A stretch of 64,000 nucleotides of DNA from Nitrospirota bacterium (GTDB lineage: Bacteria; Nitrospirota; Nitrospiria; Nitrospirales; NS-4), in contig VBOG01000098.1 of assembly GCA_005877815.1 (NCBI GenBank), forward strand, positions 13,188 to 77,187, in the 5' to 3' direction. The notes beneath the pieces are model-generated. The model was not told where the DNA came from and made no database searches. It saw only the letters and a program-made list of their open reading frames with translations. Every line of letters begins with the position of its first letter. The first letter of the stretch is position 1. Shown piece by piece: positions 1-9,650 of the stretch. The translations under genes were made by a program, and so were the position numbers.

Positions 1-1066
1 CGGCCGGATCGAAGACCTGGATGTGCGCGCCGTCCTGCTGCAATTGGCGGATGATGTCGAGGGACGGCGCGTCCCTGAGATCGTCTGTATTGGGTTTAAA
101 GGAGAGACCCAGGATCCCTACCCGCTTGCCTCGCAAGTGTCCTCCCATCGCCGCGCGGATTTTCTCGACCATTCGCGTCCTCTGCTTTACGTTTGCACGC
201 TCCGTCGCCTCGGCGATCTCCATCACGCAGCCGGACTGCTGGCCTGTTTGCACCAGCGCGGCGATGTCCTTCGGAAAGCAGGAACCACCGTATCCCGGCC
301 CGGGATGAAGGAATTTCGAACCGATACGTTGATCGAGACCCATCGCTTTTGCGACCAGTTGAACGTCTGCACCGACGCGCTCGCACAGATTGGCCACCTC
401 GTTGATGAAGGAAACTTTTGTAGCAAGAAAGGTATTCGACGCATATTTGATCATTTCCGCCGTGGCAACATCGGTGAACACAAAGGGTGTCTCGATAAGG
501 TACAGCGGGCGGTAGAGGTCCCGCATGACTGCAATGGCGTGATGGCTGTTCGCGCCGATCACCACTCGATTGGGCCGCATAAAGTCTTCAATGGCCGACC
601 CTTCCCTCAAAAATTCCGGATTGGAGGCGATATCAAATGGGGCCGATTCCGTGGCATTCTGCCCGATGAGCTCCCGAAGCCGCTCTCCCGTGCCGACCGG
701 TACTGTGGACTTTGTGACGATGACCTTATATCCGTTCAGGTTTGCGGCAATGCCCCGGCCGACATCCTCCACGAACGACAGGTCGGCTGATCCGTCTTCT
801 CTTGCCGGGGTGCCGACTGCGATAAAAATCACCAATGCCGATTCCACGGCGCGGCTCAAGTCGGTCGTAAACTTCAAGCGTCCCTCTGACAGTCCTTTAT
901 GCACGAGCTCAGTGAGACCAGGCTCATAGATGGGAATCTTGCCCTTTTCGAGCGCGCCGATGCGGCGTTCGTCCTTGTCCATGCAGATGACTTGAACGCC
1001 GAATTCTGCAAAGCACGCTCCCGTCACAAGTCCGACGTACCCTGTGCCGATCACACTGATGTTCAT
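1..1066 (-). CDS. ugd: UDP-glucose 6-dehydrogenase (3' end runs off the window)
   Basis: Not in the ORF track. Manual translation from ATG 1066 gives MNISVIGTGYVGLVTGACFAEFG (Rossmann), then AVGTP, TKSTVPVG, SNPEFLREG and GPGYGGSCFPKD (catalytic Cys). SD GAGAGGA upstream. Confidence 0.93.
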   Translation of the reverse strand, partial: MNISVIGTGYVGLVTGACFAEFGVQVICMDKDERRIGALEKGKIPIYEPGLTELVHKGLSEGRLKFTTDLSRAVESALVIFIAVGTPAREDGSADLSFVEDVGRGIAANLNGYKVIVTKSTVPVGTGERLRELIGQNATESAPFDIASNPEFLREGSAIEDFMRPNRVVIGANSHHAIAVMRDLYRPLYLIETPFVFTDVATAEMIKYASNTFLATKVSFINEVANLCERVGADVQLVAKAMGLDQRIGSKFLHPGPGYGGSCFPKDIAALVQTGQQSGCVMEIAEATERANVKQRTRMVEKIRAAMGGHLRGKRVGILGLSFKPNTDDLRDAPSLDIIRQLQQDGAHIQVFDPA

Positions 1067-1104
1067 GGTGTATCCTCTCCCCTAGGGGGTTCACCAAGGC
1101 GCCC

Positions 1105-1133
1105 AGTATAGCAAGGCAGGGATAGGCCATCAA
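1105..1133 (-). promoter_or_regulatory. sigma70-type promoter for ugd
   Basis: Minus strand TTGATG-N17-TATACT; divergent from the CBS gene promoter. Confidence 0.6.
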
Positions 1134-1150
1134 GGCAATGATGCCCGATA

Positions 1151-1179
1151 TTGACTGGCATGAACCACTTCTCTAGAAT
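1151..1179 (+). promoter_or_regulatory. sigma70-type promoter for CBS gene
   Basis: TTGACT-N17-TAGAAT. Confidence 0.65.
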
Positions 1180-1204
1180 TCTATGAAGTTGATGAGGACT
1201 GCAC

Positions 1205-1615
1205 GTGGCGTCGGCATCTTCAACGATTCAAAGACCGCTGGCCGTCATGATGAGCCGGCGGATTTTGTCCGTGGCCCCCTCCACTCCCGCGGTGGAAGCC
1301 GCGCAGCTGATGCGCGACAGTCGGGTGGGTGCCGTGCTGGTCGGGGAAGGCACGACCTTTCTCGGCATTCTCACGGAGACCGACCTCGTCCGCAAGATTC
1401 TTGCGGAACGGCGGGATGTTCAACAGACGCTGGTGTCTGACGTGATGATGGCGCCAATCATCACCATCGAGATTGATCGCTCCCCACATGAGGCCAGCGA
1501 CCTGATGGCCGAACGGGGCATCCGGCATCTCGGCATCACGGAAAACGGCCGAATTGTCGGCGTGCTGTCCGTCCGGGACCTGCTCCGCTATTTTAAGAAC
1601 TGGGGTACGCTTTAG
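1205..1615 (+). CDS. Tandem CBS-domain protein
   Basis: Two CBS repeats (VEAAQLMRDSRVGAVLV..GILTETDLV; ASDLMAERGIRHLGI..VGVLSVRDLL). GTG start with SD. Confidence 0.85.
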   Translation: MASASSTIQRPLAVMMSRRILSVAPSTPAVEAAQLMRDSRVGAVLVGEGTTFLGILTETDLVRKILAERRDVQQTLVSDVMMAPIITIEIDRSPHEASDLMAERGIRHLGITENGRIVGVLSVRDLLRYFKNWGTL

Positions 1616-1679
1616 GCCGTCTGCGCGTTGAGAAGAGTCTTTCATTCCCTGCCGTCCAGCCACAGAAAAAAATGTAACC

Positions 1680-2075
1680 ATGAAGAAAGGCAGAAGGATC
1701 GTGTTCGCGCTGGCACTTGGAATTTCGAGTCTGTGCGGAGGCGGGATGGCCGCAGACGCTCAAATGACTGCTGTTCCCGACGGGAAATTCGTGAACGTGG
1801 AAGTTCAGGGTGTGAAGTTTTGGCTCGGTGGGGGCGACCTTGATTTGAGGACGAATCGGGATACCAAGCAGCTGGTTTTTAAGCTAATCAACAAACTGGA
1901 GGCCGATCATGGTTTTGCGATTGACGCCCTGAAGATCAGGCAGGTTGTGAAACCCGGAGAAGAGCTGACGGTGACGGTGGCGATGAGCGATATTGATACC
2001 TCGGCCTCAGTCGTGAGGTTCTATTGCCATCTCCACCCCGGTCATGTGGGCGGCACGCTGGTGTTGATGAAATAA
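1680..2075 (+). CDS. Secreted cupredoxin-fold protein, nitrosocyanin-like
   Basis: Signal peptide (KKGRR + hydrophobic + AA); HGFAIDA..VKPGE..; C-terminal YCHLHPGHVGGTL. Confidence 0.75.
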   Translation: MKKGRRIVFALALGISSLCGGGMAADAQMTAVPDGKFVNVEVQGVKFWLGGGDLDLRTNRDTKQLVFKLINKLEADHGFAIDALKIRQVVKPGEELTVTVAMSDIDTSASVVRFYCHLHPGHVGGTLVLMK

Positions 2076-2101
2076 CTGAGGGTTGAGGCACAAAAAGCAA
2101 C

Positions 2102-2132
2102 GCGCCTTCTTCGGATGATCCGAAGGAGGCGC
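2102..2132. terminator. Probable bidirectional intrinsic terminator
   Basis: 14-bp stem gcgccttcttcgga/tccgaaggaggcgc (one G.U) between convergent genes; A-rich left flank, T-rich right flank. Confidence 0.7.
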
Positions 2133-2158
2133 TTCTGGTTTGAGTCGTGCAGAGAAGG

Positions 2159-2506
2159 TTAGTTTCGAACGCCGCTCCAGACCTTATTAGGATCGATTTC
2201 CTTGTCAGGATTCAACTTGCGCGCTCTTTCCAAGAGAACCTCCGTCGATTCCGGATAGAGCGGATCAGAAATACAGCAATTGTCGACGGGACAGACCGCT
2301 GCGCACTGTGGTTCATCGAAGTGTCCCACACATTCCGTGCACCGGTCATGTGTAATGACGTAAATGTTGTCACCAGCACCCTGGCCTTCCCCAACGTGGT
2401 TGCCTTTGGCCTCGGCATCACTGCGGGTTTCAAAAATGGCCTCGTTGGGACATTCGGGGAGGCAGGCCCCGCAGGAGATACACTCTTCCGTGATCAATAA
2501 CGCCAT
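2159..2506 (-). CDS. YfhL-type 2[4Fe-4S] ferredoxin
   Basis: MALLITEECISCGACLPECP and CTECVGHFDEPQCAAVCPV motifs; GGAGG SD. Confidence 0.92.
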   Translation of the reverse strand: MALLITEECISCGACLPECPNEAIFETRSDAEAKGNHVGEGQGAGDNIYVITHDRCTECVGHFDEPQCAAVCPVDNCCISDPLYPESTEVLLERARKLNPDKEIDPNKVWSGVRN

Positions 2507-2591
2507 AACTACTTGCCTCCTTCCTCGAAACCTGAACTTGCTGTATATTCCTGTTTTCCGTAGCGCAGAAGCGTATATCGTAGGTTCTCTG

Positions 2592-2621
2592 ATTGTAAGA
2601 AGCGCCTTGAGTTTTTGTCAA
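2592..2621 (-). promoter_or_regulatory. sigma70-type promoter for ferredoxin
   Basis: Minus strand TTGACA-N18-TACAAT. Confidence 0.65.
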
Positions 2622-2726
2622 TGTGTTTCTCTATGATCGGCATGGGTCTGAAGGCCTTTTTTGAAGGAACAAAAGCCCTAAGGCCGGCCACGCAGCTATG
2701 TTCTGTTTCTAAAGTAAAGGCCGGAC

Positions 2727-3230
2727 GTGTCCCAAGGCCCTGATTTTATGGAAAAACCGCAAGCCACACGATTTGCGATTCTGGCGGCCCTCGCGTTTGC
2801 TTTGCTCATGGCGGGCAGTTATTTCATGTCTCCAAACCAGGACGGGGAATCGTTCATCGCGACGTTTCCGTCCGGGACGCAACTGACGCTGGAGGTGGCT
2901 GACAACGAAAGACCCTTGATGTTGATTTCGGGGCTGGCGTTCAGGGATTCGCTTGCCTCGAACTCGGGGATGCTGTTCATTTATGATCGGGCAGACTTTC
3001 ATCTTCGCAATACCCAGCAATACCGTTTTCCCGTTGACATCATATGGCTGGACGATGCCAAGCGGGTGCTCATGATGGTGGAAGCGGCGACGCCTTGTGT
3101 CTGTCAGAATTGCCCCACATACGGTCCGCCTCCTGAGAAGGCTCGCTACGTGATCGAGACGCAGGCGGGATTCGTGCGACGCGAACGGCTCGTCGTTGGA
3201 AATGAGCTTCGCTTCGCGCTTCGGATGTAG
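2727..3230 (+). CDS. DUF192 family membrane-anchored protein
   Basis: N-terminal TM; LEVAD..GLAFRDSL..GMLFIY..FPVDIIWLD..C..CPTYGP..YVIE..AGF pattern. Confidence 0.8.
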   Translation: MSQGPDFMEKPQATRFAILAALAFALLMAGSYFMSPNQDGESFIATFPSGTQLTLEVADNERPLMLISGLAFRDSLASNSGMLFIYDRADFHLRNTQQYRFPVDIIWLDDAKRVLMMVEAATPCVCQNCPTYGPPPEKARYVIETQAGFVRRERLVVGNELRFALRM

Positions 3231-3256
3231 ACAGTCGAACGTTCGTTCGCGGCGGT

Positions 3257-3286
3257 TTGACTGATACTCCTCGTCTTCCGTAAGAT
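3257..3286 (+). promoter_or_regulatory. sigma70-type promoter for chagasin-like gene/dat
   Basis: TTGACT-N18-TAAGAT, then AGGAG SD. Confidence 0.5.
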
Positions 3287-3311
3287 ACCGCGTTCTTACG
3301 GCTAGGAGTCC

Positions 3312-3665
3312 GTGATGTTGGGGAAATCCGAAGATTGGAAGCAGGAAAAAACGCTGGAATGCCGGACCGGCCGCACGTTTCAAATCCGTCTCTGGGAGGA
3401 TCGGACACGCGGAGAGATTTATGTCCCTCAGTATGATCCCCACGTGTTCTCTTTAGTCAATGACGACTATGAGCGCGCCGTCGGCGAGAATTGGAATATC
3501 GTAGATTCTGGAAAACGCGTCTTCGAGTTTAAGGCGGACAAGCCGGGAACCCACCGTATCGTGTTTGAAAAACGGATGGGATGGCGATTCACGGCCGAGG
3601 ACCGGCGTGTCTATGTCATCGCAGTTGACGGTGAAGCCAAGACCAAGTCGTCGGAAAATGCCTGA
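3312..3665 (+). CDS. Chagasin/I42 protease-inhibitor-like Ig-fold protein
   Basis: G.TFQIRL.E..T.G; G..VFEFKA.KPG..RIVFE.R.GW pattern. NPTTG loop is degenerate. Confidence 0.6.
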   Translation: MMLGKSEDWKQEKTLECRTGRTFQIRLWEDRTRGEIYVPQYDPHVFSLVNDDYERAVGENWNIVDSGKRVFEFKADKPGTHRIVFEKRMGWRFTAEDRRVYVIAVDGEAKTKSSENA

Positions 3666-4497
3666 CACAGCCTTCGTCAACGACATGTTCATGCCTTTGT
3701 CCGAAGCGCAGGTGTCTGTTGAGGACCGCGGGTTTCAGTTCGGCGATGGTGTATATGAATTGCTCCGTGTCTATTGCGGCGCGCTGTTCCGGCCCGATGA
3801 GCATCTCAGTCGACTCGAACGAAGCGCAACAGCGCTCGGGATTCCTCTCCCCCACTCGCGAGACCACTGGAAGTCCTTGCTGTCCGACGCGGTCGCCCGG
3901 AGCGGCTATCCGGAGGCAAAGGTCTATATTCAGGTGACAAGAGGCGTCGCGCCTCGCGATCATGCTCCAACTCAGGACGGGCCGCCTACAGTCGTGGTGA
4001 CGGTACGGGCATTCGCCGCTCCCTCGCCGACCTTATATCAGAAGGGGGCGGAGGCGATCACGGTTCCCGACCTTCGATGGGGCCGATGTGACATCAAGAG
4101 TATTTGCTTGCTTCCAAATGTTCTCACCAAACAGCGAGCCCGAGATGAGCATGCCTTCGAGGCCCTCTTTGTGCGCGATGGATACGTGGTGGAGGGCGCG
4201 ACGAGCAATGTCATGAACGTGAAAGGTGGGACGATTTTCACCGCGCCGGAAGGCCCTCTGATCCTCTCAGGGGTCACCCGTCAGCTGACGTTGAATCTAG
4301 CCCGAGCCGCAGGGATTGCCATAAAGGAGCAGGCCTTAACGGAGCCGGATTTCCTGGAAAGCGACGAGGTCTTTCTTACTGGGACGACGATCGAAGTTTT
4401 GCCCATCCGTCGAATCAATAGTCGCATGATTGGCAAGGGTTCGCCAGGCCCCCTCACAGCGGTCTTGATGGAGCATTTCAAGGCCTTACACGTCTAG
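3658..4497 (+). CDS. dat: D-amino-acid aminotransferase (PLP fold type IV)
   Basis: EDRGFQFGDGVYE, RWGRCDIKSICLLPNVL, EGATSN, ILSGVTR, EVFLTGTT. Start moved to ATG 3658, overlapping the upstream stop. Confidence 0.85.
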   Translation: MPDTAFVNDMFMPLSEAQVSVEDRGFQFGDGVYELLRVYCGALFRPDEHLSRLERSATALGIPLPHSRDHWKSLLSDAVARSGYPEAKVYIQVTRGVAPRDHAPTQDGPPTVVVTVRAFAAPSPTLYQKGAEAITVPDLRWGRCDIKSICLLPNVLTKQRARDEHAFEALFVRDGYVVEGATSNVMNVKGGTIFTAPEGPLILSGVTRQLTLNLARAAGIAIKEQALTEPDFLESDEVFLTGTTIEVLPIRRINSRMIGKGSPGPLTAVLMEHFKALHV

Positions 4498-4504
4498 TTT
4501 CCGC

Positions 4505-4534
4505 TTGCGTTACCCTTCAAGCCTATGGTACTTT
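4505..4534 (+). promoter_or_regulatory. Promoter of rimP-nusA-infB operon
   Basis: TTGCGT-N18-TACTTT with extended -10 TG. Confidence 0.45.
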
Positions 4535-4543
4535 ACTTCAATT

Positions 4544-4573
4544 AAAGTGGGCACAACGCCCACTTTTTCGTTT
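4544..4573 (+). promoter_or_regulatory. rimP leader hairpin (attenuator-like)
   Basis: AAAGTGGGC-acaac-GCCCACTTT then TTCGTTT, immediately upstream of the rimP ATG. Confidence 0.75.
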
Positions 4574-4574
4574 C

Positions 4575-5135
4575 ATGTCGGGCCGAGACCATCCCTATCT
4601 GCAGGCGGAAGGTGTTCCGCAAGGAACGGCGCAAGTTCCTGACCAGCAGGCGCGCATACGGCGTATCGCCGAGCCTATCCTCGGATCCCTCGGATTGGTG
4701 CTGGTGGATGTAGAGATGCGGGGCCGGGGTCCGAACTCTCTCGTTCGTGTGGTCATCGAGCGACCCGTTGCGGGGCAGACTGGGGGCGAGAGCGTAACGG
4801 TCCAGGATTGTGAGCGTGCTCACGTTCTCGTCGGGCATGCACTCGACGCTGATGACCCCATCGCCCATCGCTATGTGCTGGAAGTGTCCTCGCCCGGGTT
4901 GGATCGTCCAATTCGGAATGCCGGCGAGTATGAACGTTTCCGGGGACGACTGGCTCGCTTCAAATTGGCCCCGCCAGTCGCGGGACTATCGGTGGTGACC
5001 GGTCGGATTATGAAATTGGAAGAAGGCCGCGTGGTGATTGAGTACGTAGTCGGACACGGACGGCGGACGGAAACCAGGGAACTGGCGCTGCCGTTGGCGG
5101 ACATCCGGGAAGCCAGGCTGGAAGTGGAATTCTGA
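4575..5135 (+). CDS. rimP: Ribosome maturation factor RimP
   Basis: VTVQDCERAH..D..YVLEVSSPGLDRP motif; first gene before nusA. Confidence 0.93.
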   Translation: MSGRDHPYLQAEGVPQGTAQVPDQQARIRRIAEPILGSLGLVLVDVEMRGRGPNSLVRVVIERPVAGQTGGESVTVQDCERAHVLVGHALDADDPIAHRYVLEVSSPGLDRPIRNAGEYERFRGRLARFKLAPPVAGLSVVTGRIMKLEEGRVVIEYVVGHGRRTETRELALPLADIREARLEVEF

Positions 5136-5160
5136 GCAGAATGAAATCGAATTAGGAGCA

Positions 5161-6375
5161 ATGATGGGTCGCGAACTCCTCACAGTGATCGAACAGATTG
5201 GACGCGAAAAGGGGATTGACGCCGGGCGTATACTCGATGCGGTGGAGGCCGCGTTGGTGACCGCGGCAAAGAAACGCTACGGGGCGGTTGAGAACATTCA
5301 GGTCAAGGTGGACCGTAAGAGCGGCGAGATTGAAGCTATCTCCTTGAAGAAAATCGTCAACGAGGTGACGAATCCGAAGTCCGAGGTGTCCCTCGAAGAG
5401 GCGCGCAAAGTGGATCATGAGGCCGAACTCGGCGACGAAATCGGTTCGCTGATCGAGATCGAGGAGTTCGGTCGTATTGCCGCGCAGACCGCCAAACAAG
5501 TCATCTTCCAGAAAGTTCGCGAGGCGGAATGGGAAGCCGTCATGCGCGAGTATTCCACCCGCCAAGGCGATTTGGTGAATGGTATTATCCTGGGGCAGGA
5601 GCGACGGAATTACATCGTCGACCTTGGCAGGACGGAGGCGATCCTCCCGGCGCACGAGCAGATTCCGCGAGAGATTTACCGTCGGGGTGATCGTATCAAA
5701 GCCTACTTGCTGGAAGTGAAGCGAACGTTGCGGGACGTGCAGGTTATTCTCTCCCGGACGCATCCGAATTTCATCGTCAAGTTGTTCGAGATGGAAGTTC
5801 CCGAGATTGCCGAGAAGATCCTGGAAATCAAAGGAGTAGTCCGTGAGCCCGGCGATCGAACGAAAATCGCCGTGCAATCTCGTGATCGGGCCGTGGATCC
5901 CGTGGGGGCTTGCGTCGGCATGAAAGGCTCGCGTGTCCAGGCCGTTGTCCGTGAACTCCGAGGCGAAAAGATCGACATCATCGGATGGACGTCCGATCCT
6001 CGGGTCTTCATCGCCGAGGCGTTGAATCCGGCGGTCATCGAGAAAGTCGGTGTGGATGAAGAAAAAAAGTCCGCACTGGTGGTGGTGGCGGACAATCAAC
6101 TTTCTTTGGCGATCGGACGCAACGGACAGAATGTGCGCTTGGCCGCGAAACTGACGGGATGGAAGATCGATATCATCGGCGCCAGCGAATATGAAAAAGA
6201 AAAGGCTGTGCGGGATCAAGAGACACGGGCGGCCATTGCGCAGCAGTTGCAGGACCAACACGCGCGGATGGTGGAAGCTGAGACTGCGACGGCAGGCGAG
6301 AAAGACAATGGAGAGCAGACCGCTCCAGCGACTCCGGTGACCGGCACCGGAGTCGACGCGGCGGCCGCGGAGTAA
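5161..6375 (+). CDS. nusA: Transcription factor NusA
   Basis: FGRIAAQTAKQV, REPGDRTKIAV, DPVGACVGMKGSRVQ, AIGRNGQNVRLAAKLTGWKIDI. Confidence 0.97.
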   Translation: MMGRELLTVIEQIGREKGIDAGRILDAVEAALVTAAKKRYGAVENIQVKVDRKSGEIEAISLKKIVNEVTNPKSEVSLEEARKVDHEAELGDEIGSLIEIEEFGRIAAQTAKQVIFQKVREAEWEAVMREYSTRQGDLVNGIILGQERRNYIVDLGRTEAILPAHEQIPREIYRRGDRIKAYLLEVKRTLRDVQVILSRTHPNFIVKLFEMEVPEIAEKILEIKGVVREPGDRTKIAVQSRDRAVDPVGACVGMKGSRVQAVVRELRGEKIDIIGWTSDPRVFIAEALNPAVIEKVGVDEEKKSALVVVADNQLSLAIGRNGQNVRLAAKLTGWKIDIIGASEYEKEKAVRDQETRAAIAQQLQDQHARMVEAETATAGEKDNGEQTAPATPVTGTGVDAAAAE

Positions 6376-6384
6376 ACGAAGCGA

Positions 6385-8955
6385 GTGCCGGACATGCGGG
6401 TTTTTGAACTAGCCAAGCAACTTGGAATCACCAGCAAGCATCTCATCGATGACCTCAAAACGATGGGTGTGACGGTCACCAATCACATGGCGGCGCTTGA
6501 CGAGGCGACCGTTTCCCAGGTGTTGGCCAAGGACGCTTCTGGGCCGAAGGAAACAAAGGGCTCGAAGCTGAAGGCAAAAGAAGAGAAGAGTGCGGCCTCT
6601 TCGGCGAAGAAGAAATTGTCCGCGCGTGCTGCGGTGAGCGTCAAAGCCGCAGTTCCTGCCCCGGAACTGCCAAAGGCTGAAAAAAAACTGATTCTCGTCA
6701 AGCGACGGCAGAGCGAGACGACACTGGGTTCGGACTTGCAGCCATTGAAGCCGGAAGAGGAGCTTCGACCGGTTGATATTCCCGTCCCCGATCGCCCCAG
6801 GACTCCGTCACCACCAGTAGAAGTTGCCGGTCAGACAGAAGCGCCGCCGGTCCTGAAAACCCCTGAATCGATCTTGACGGCTCCTGTGGTTCCCGCGCCA
6901 CCTACTCCGCCGGTACAACAACCCAGCGTTCCGCGAGCGGGCGTGCCGTTGACCGATCCGGGACTTCATCCAGTGAGCAAGAAGAACATGGCTCAGGATC
7001 TTTCTGCTCCGCAGCCTGATTCCATCTTGAAAGACAAGGGCAAGAAATTACGAAAAGGCCGTGGCCGTGAAGACGAGCCACTTCCGATTCGTGATGATGC
7101 AGCTCGGTGGCGGGATCTGCGAGCGATGCCGATGCATCGGCGCGAGGAGAAATCCCGGCACGCGGCGCCTGGCGCTCCGGCCGAAGTTACCAAGCCGCGT
7201 CTTAAGGCGGTGAAATTGGACGAAGGGCTGAGCGTGAAGGATTTTTCCGAAGCCGTCGGTCAAAAGCCGGCGGATGTCATCCGCAAGTTGATGGACATGG
7301 GCATGTTACTCACGTTCAACCAGCCGATTCCGTCGGAGGCCGCCATTCTATTGGCCGAATCTTTCGGCGTGAAGATCGAGATGGCGGCGGAACGGCCTGC
7401 GGAGGACCTTCTTACTGAAGGTGAAGAGGAAGAGACCGGTCTCACGGCTCGGCCGCCCGTCGTCACGATCATGGGCCACGTGGATCATGGGAAAACGTCA
7501 TTACTGGATGCGATCCGGGAAACCAAAGTGACCGAGGGAGAGGCGGGCGGCATCACGCAGCACATCGGCGCCTACGTAGTCGAAGCCCGCGGGCAAGCGA
7601 TCACGTTTCTGGACACCCCCGGGCATGAAGCGTTCACAGCGATGCGAGCCCGCGGTGCGCAAGTCACGGATATCGTCGTGCTGGTGGTCGCCGCAGATGA
7701 TGGTGTGATGCCGCAGACGATTGAAGCTGTGGACCATGCGAAAGCGGCGAACGTGCCGATTATCGTGGCCGTCAATAAGATCGACCTGCCCGGCTCGAAC
7801 CCAGATCGGATCAAAAACTCCCTTTCCGAGCGAGGGTTGGTCCCAGAGGTGTGGGGCGGCGAGACCATTTATGCAGAAGTGTCGGCGAAGAAAAAAATCG
7901 GACTCGATTCGCTCCTCGAAATGATCCTGCTGCAAGCCGAGGTGCTCGAATTGCGGGCGAATGCGAACAAGCTTGCGCGGGGGATTGTGGTGGAAGCCAA
8001 AATTGACCGCGGACGCGGCCCGGTCGCCACCGTGCTTGTCCAATCCGGCACTCTTCACCTCGGCGATCCATTTGTCGTCGGCACATTCAGCGGCCGCGTC
8101 CGCGCGCTTTTCAACGACGCGGGACGGGCGGTCAAGGAGGCAGGGCCTTCCATTCCCGTGGAGGTCGTTGGCCTTCTCGGCGCGCCGATGGCGGGTCAGG
8201 AATTTGTGGTGACCAAGGATGAGCGGATCGCGCGGGAAATTGCAGAATCACGGCTTCACAAACAGCGCACCGCCGAAATGGCCCCCGTGCGCAAGGTCAC
8301 CCTTGACGACCTGTTTTCTCAGGTCAAGGAGGGCACCGTCAAGGAATTGGGCGTCATCATCAGAGCGGACGTCCAGGGGTCCGCGGAGGCGCTTGCCGAT
8401 GCGGTGGAACGGCTCGGCGTCGAGGCCGTAAAACCGCATATCGTTCTGAAAGGAGTCGGCGGGGTTACCGAGAATGACGTGCAGCTCGCCTCGGCGTCGA
8501 ACGCAATTATCATCGGCTTCAACGTGCGGGCCGAGGCCAAGGCGGCGGCGCTCGCGGAGCGGGAAGGCATCGACATCCGGAGCTACAGCATCATCTATGA
8601 AGCCTTGAACGACATCAAGGCCGCGATGGAGGGGTTGCTCGAGCCGACTCTGAAGGAACGGGTGCAGGGACGTGCAGAGGTCCGTCAGGTCTTTATGATC
8701 CCCAAAGCGGGCGCGGTCGCGGGGTGCTACGTGACCGACGGGACAATCGCTCGCGGGAGTGCCGGTATTCGCGTGGTGCGGGACGGCGTGGTCGTGTACC
8801 AGGGGAAAATTGGTTCGCTCCGCCGTTTCAAGGACGACGTCAAAGAGGTCCAGGCGGGCTATGAATGCGGCATCAGCGTGGAGAACTTCAACGATATCAA
8901 ACCCGGCGACCGGCTCGAAGTTTACATATTCGACAAGGTCCTCGCGAAGCTCTGA
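6385..8955 (+). CDS. infB: Translation initiation factor IF-2
   Basis: [44 protein letters not shown]. Confidence 0.98.
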   Translation: MPDMRVFELAKQLGITSKHLIDDLKTMGVTVTNHMAALDEATVSQVLAKDASGPKETKGSKLKAKEEKSAASSAKKKLSARAAVSVKAAVPAPELPKAEKKLILVKRRQSETTLGSDLQPLKPEEELRPVDIPVPDRPRTPSPPVEVAGQTEAPPVLKTPESILTAPVVPAPPTPPVQQPSVPRAGVPLTDPGLHPVSKKNMAQDLSAPQPDSILKDKGKKLRKGRGREDEPLPIRDDAARWRDLRAMPMHRREEKSRHAAPGAPAEVTKPRLKAVKLDEGLSVKDFSEAVGQKPADVIRKLMDMGMLLTFNQPIPSEAAILLAESFGVKIEMAAERPAEDLLTEGEEEETGLTARPPVVTIMGHVDHGKTSLLDAIRETKVTEGEAGGITQHIGAYVVEARGQAITFLDTPGHEAFTAMRARGAQVTDIVVLVVAADDGVMPQTIEAVDHAKAANVPIIVAVNKIDLPGSNPDRIKNSLSERGLVPEVWGGETIYAEVSAKKKIGLDSLLEMILLQAEVLELRANANKLARGIVVEAKIDRGRGPVATVLVQSGTLHLGDPFVVGTFSGRVRALFNDAGRAVKEAGPSIPVEVVGLLGAPMAGQEFVVTKDERIAREIAESRLHKQRTAEMAPVRKVTLDDLFSQVKEGTVKELGVIIRADVQGSAEALADAVERLGVEAVKPHIVLKGVGGVTENDVQLASASNAIIIGFNVRAEAKAAALAEREGIDIRSYSIIYEALNDIKAAMEGLLEPTLKERVQGRAEVRQVFMIPKAGAVAGCYVTDGTIARGSAGIRVVRDGVVVYQGKIGSLRRFKDDVKEVQAGYECGISVENFNDIKPGDRLEVYIFDKVLAKL

Positions 8956-8964
8956 GGCTTCGTC

Positions 8965-9246
8965 ATGGTGGTCGGCGTTTGCACCATTGATCTTCACCTG
9001 CCAGGCATTGGCTCTCTCAAGGGCAAGCGACAGATTCTCCTGAGTTTGAAAGACCGGATTCAGGGAAAGTTTAATGTGTCGGTGGCGGAGGTGGATGCCA
9101 ACGATCTCTGGCAGCGGGCAGTCCTGGGCGTCGCCTGTATCGCCAATGATGGCCGCTATGCCAACCAGGTGTTGGACGGCGTATTGAACGCGATCCGTGC
9201 GAATCCAGCCGTGGAACTCATCAAGCATCAGATGGAGTTTTTGTAA
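8965..9246 (+). CDS. DUF503 family protein
   Basis: SLKGKRQIL..FNVSVAEVDANDLWQRAVLG; usual position between infB and rbfA. Confidence 0.88.
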   Translation: MVVGVCTIDLHLPGIGSLKGKRQILLSLKDRIQGKFNVSVAEVDANDLWQRAVLGVACIANDGRYANQVLDGVLNAIRANPAVELIKHQMEFL

Positions 9247-9251
9247 TTGCC

Positions 9252-9650
9252 ATGGTGGGATTCAAGCGAACCGATCGTGTGGGCGATCAGATTCGAGGGG
9301 AAATTGCGGATATTCTCATGCGCCGCGTGAAGGATCCGCGCGTCGGGTTTGTGACCGTCACGGCTGTGGACGTGACTGCCGATCTCAAGCATGCCTGGGT
9401 CCATCTCACGATCCTTCAAGAGGGCACGCAGGAGGCTGAGGCCATGGCAGCGCTTGTCCGGGCAACGGGGTTCATCAGAGGTGAGCTCGGAAGACGCCTG
9501 AAACTTCGGTTCGTGCCCGAACTGAGCTTTGTGAAGGATACGGTGGTCGATCGCGGCAACCGTGTCATGAAGTTGTTGGATGAATTACACGACGGTGCGG
9601 AATCTGAGCCCCCGGGCAAGGATGATCGCGAGGGCACACAATCGCCATGA
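9252..9650 (+). CDS. rbfA: Ribosome-binding factor A
   Basis: RTDRVGDQIR..DPRVGFVTVT.V.VT.DLKHA..RFVPELSFVKD. Confidence 0.95.
   Translation: MVGFKRTDRVGDQIRGEIADILMRRVKDPRVGFVTVTAVDVTADLKHAWVHLTILQEGTQEAEAMAALVRATGFIRGELGRRLKLRFVPELSFVKDTVVDRGNRVMKLLDELHDGAESEPPGKDDREGTQSP

Noticed and set aside
23-790. 255-aa plus-strand ORF at the left edge
   Set aside because: Antisense shadow of ugd, which has clear motifs on the minus strand.
5152-9228. Long minus-strand ORFs (369 aa, 326 aa and others) over nusA/infB
   Set aside because: Antisense shadows typical of high-GC coding DNA; no motifs or RBS.
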